From: a virus
Lineage: Duplodnaviria; Heunggongvirae; Uroviricota; Caudoviricetes
IMG/VR virus record: IMGVR_UViG_638275430_000001
Location: 22,274-86,273 of that record
Length of the DNA stretch: 64,000 nucleotides
Reading direction: 5' to 3' (one strand)
The notes beneath the pieces are model-generated. The model was not told where the DNA came from, searched no databases, and saw only the letters and a list, made by a program, of their open reading frames with translations. Position 1 is the stretch's first letter, and every line of letters begins with the position of its first letter. Both the position numbers and the translations under genes were made by a program. Below are positions 62,613-64,000 of the stretch, piece by piece.

Positions 62613-62942
62613 TTACCTCACAGTGAATAGATCAGATATAACCGGTTTATCGGACAGAGAAACGGTGTGTTCCTCGAACTTTTCTCCGTATTCGCATTTT
62701 CGCCAGAACAGCATTACCTCAGACGGATAGAGATCTCGACTGATTCTTTCGCCATTGGTAAACACGAAACGGACTTTGTGTATCTTTTTGAGCTGAACTC
62801 CATGTTTCATAAGATTGTGTTGGATGATATCCCAACTCTTTCTGATACGACGATAGGAGACAAACTCAACGATAGCGCACATTAAGAGAGTTGCAGCAAG
62901 AATAACTGCCGCAACGATTCCCATGATATCGATTGAAGTCAT
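62613..62942 (-). CDS. Membrane-anchored protein (109 aa)
   Basis: SD ctagaggtataATG. N-terminal TM. Confidence 0.5.
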   Translation of the reverse strand: MTSIDIMGIVAAVILAATLLMCAIVEFVSYRRIRKSWDIIQHNLMKHGVQLKKIHKVRFVFTNGERISRDLYPSEVMLFWRKCEYGEKFEEHTVSLSDKPVISDLFTVR

Positions 62943-63295
62943 TATACCTCTAGTTTGTAACAGTCAATAAACGCCTGTGCATTTTTGTTAACAAAGTCCA
63001 CGATCTTGTCACAAGCCAACTCACGGGACTTTTGTTTCCGCAGAACCGGAAACTTAACACCAGATTTCCACTTGCAATCACCACAAAGAGATTCGAACTT
63101 GGTTTCACCAGCGTGGAGCATGAAATGAGCCCAACGATTGTTGAAAAACTCAAGATCAGAACAACCAATCTTCGCGCCAACCATGATCACTTCCATTGTC
63201 TCTTCGCCGAGAGATTTGCGAGACTTAACGCGCACATATTCTACCAGACGCGAGTCAATCTTGGACTTTACTTGTTCTACCAGTGCTTGATTCAT
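62942..63295 (-). CDS. Hypothetical protein (117 aa), Cys-containing
   Basis: SD gtaaggagaacaATG. Confidence 0.5.
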   Translation of the reverse strand: MNQALVEQVKSKIDSRLVEYVRVKSRKSLGEETMEVIMVGAKIGCSDLEFFNNRWAHFMLHAGETKFESLCGDCKWKSGVKFPVLRKQKSRELACDKIVDFVNKNAQAFIDCYKLEV

Positions 63296-63305
63296 GATGT
63301 TCTCC

Positions 63306-63533
63306 TTACGCTGCTTTCTTCGGGTTGTTGTAAACGTAGGTTTTGCGACGTTGTACTTTACCAGCGAACTGGGTTTCGAGTTTAGCAGCGACTTGATCGC
63401 GAATCATTTCCACAGTCTTGTCGATGTAACGACCAACAGTACGAGGAGAAACTTTCAGCTCGCGAGCTACCTGGGCTTTGGTTTTCTTAGCAGCAGTTAC
63501 GGCAAAGTAGGCTTTGATTTCGATGTTGTTCAT
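63306..63533 (-). CDS. Small HTH DNA-binding protein (75 aa; ..KAQVARELKVSPRTVGRYI..)
   Basis: Start from the conserved leader ctctgaggaaaacatcATG. Helix-turn-helix motif. Confidence 0.55.
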   Translation of the reverse strand: MNNIEIKAYFAVTAAKKTKAQVARELKVSPRTVGRYIDKTVEMIRDQVAAKLETQFAGKVQRRKTYVYNNPKKAA

Positions 63534-63604
63534 GATGTTTTCCTCAGAGTGATTGCTTCGTTTCAATGAGGCCATTATTACATGGCCTCCAGTTCATGTC
63601 AAAC

Positions 63605-63907
63605 TTATTTTTGAACTTTTTTCTGTTGCTTCTGGATTTCTTTCCAGACTTGCTTTTGCAGCTTTTCGCGGCAGCCATTCTTGTTCATCAGATAATCATT
63701 GGTAATTTTCTGTTGAGCGTGAAACCAATGTGCAACCGCTTCACTCAGAATAACACGCTGTTCAGCTTCCGACATCTGCTTGAACTTCTCGATTCCGAAG
63801 TATTTGATACGAGACACAACACCATTTGCCATACGTTCCAGCGCGTCGCGATTCACATTGAACTGTTTTGCGATTGCGTCGAACTGTGCTTGAATTGCCA
63901 TATCCAT
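63605..63907 (-). CDS. Hypothetical protein (100 aa; start MDMAIQAQ)
   Basis: Conserved leader cactgaggaaaacatcATG. Confidence 0.55.
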   Translation of the reverse strand: MDMAIQAQFDAIAKQFNVNRDALERMANGVVSRIKYFGIEKFKQMSEAEQRVILSEAVAHWFHAQQKITNDYLMNKNGCREKLQKQVWKEIQKQQKKVQK

Positions 63908-63979
63908 GATGTTTTCCTCAGTGTTTCGTTGTTTCGATGTGGACATCATAACAGGCTGATTTTTGATGTCAACAAAAAA

Positions 63980-64000
63980 GGCACCCGAAGGTGCCTTTTA
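63980..64000 (-). terminator. C(UUCG)G hairpin terminator (ggcacc-ttcg-ggtgcc) + U-run, PeSL-like
   Basis: aaaaaaggcacccgaaggtgcctttta. Confidence 0.6.

Noticed and set aside
1-64000. CRISPR arrays, rRNA, integrase or transposase genes, prophage attachment sites
   Set aside because: No spaced direct repeats typical of CRISPR were seen. There are no rRNA-like or recombinase-like sequences. The architecture is that of a lytic T4-like genome.

Overview
This window is a T4-like (Tevenvirinae-type) myovirus segment. Essentially every gene is on the minus strand: about 110 tightly packed ORFs, many with ATGA/TAATG start-stop overlaps. The plus-strand ORFs in the track are antisense shadows.

Low coordinates (about 260-9800) hold a late structural block: two large paralogous tail-fiber genes (964 and 1069 aa) that share an N-terminal domain, a 773-aa repeat-containing structural protein and a 95-aa protein, plus a P-loop kinase with its own early-type promoter. 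Each of the four structural genes is preceded by a CTAAATA(A/C)T motif, read here as a late-promoter variant of T4 TATAAATA, and a C(UUCG)G-tetraloop terminator follows each of the three large fiber/structural genes.

Next comes the late sigma factor gp55, a Walker A/B NTPase, and a complete nucleotide-reduction module. That module has nrdD, nrdG, a GrcA/YfiD-like autonomous glycyl-radical protein, two glutaredoxin/NrdC-like genes and nrdB. nrdA is split into two ORFs by an HNH (MobE-like) homing endonuclease, in the Aeh1-like 'genes in pieces' arrangement.

The rest (about 22.4-64 kb) is a long array of small early genes. Each sits behind a stereotyped promoter-leader cassette: an A-tract, TTGACA, N16-17, TATAAT-like -10, then ATGTCCACATCGAAAC..CTGAGGAAnnnATC ATG. 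Many cassettes have a dyad-symmetric hairpin across the -10/+1 and a UUCG terminator just upstream (PeSL-like).

Recognisable genes in this array are:
- endonuclease VII (gp49), with a T4-like translation-occluding hairpin and an embedded late promoter;
- a SprT-like metalloprotease, an SPFH/band-7 protein and a hexapeptide-repeat (LbH) protein;
- a HAD phosphatase, a beta-class N6-adenine (NPPY) DNA methyltransferase with neighbouring unknowns, and an HD-domain SpoT/Mesh1-like small alarmone hydrolase;
- a UvdE UV-damage endonuclease, NadV (NAMPT) with an adjacent outer-membrane beta-barrel gene, and a Pol-beta/RlaP-like nucleotidyltransferase;
- several signal-peptide and lipoprotein genes.

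The most unusual element is a tandem array of five copies of a novel roughly 100-aa domain (GRITRxEC..GLC / KYWSG / YWEARLELARHWL) spread over four adjacent genes at 22452-24819. Also notable are a 110-bp inverted repeat with a 72-bp identical core at 125-235 and 27255-27365, and a 19-bp-stem/63-nt-loop structure at 46463-46569. No tRNA, rRNA or CRISPR arrays were found.
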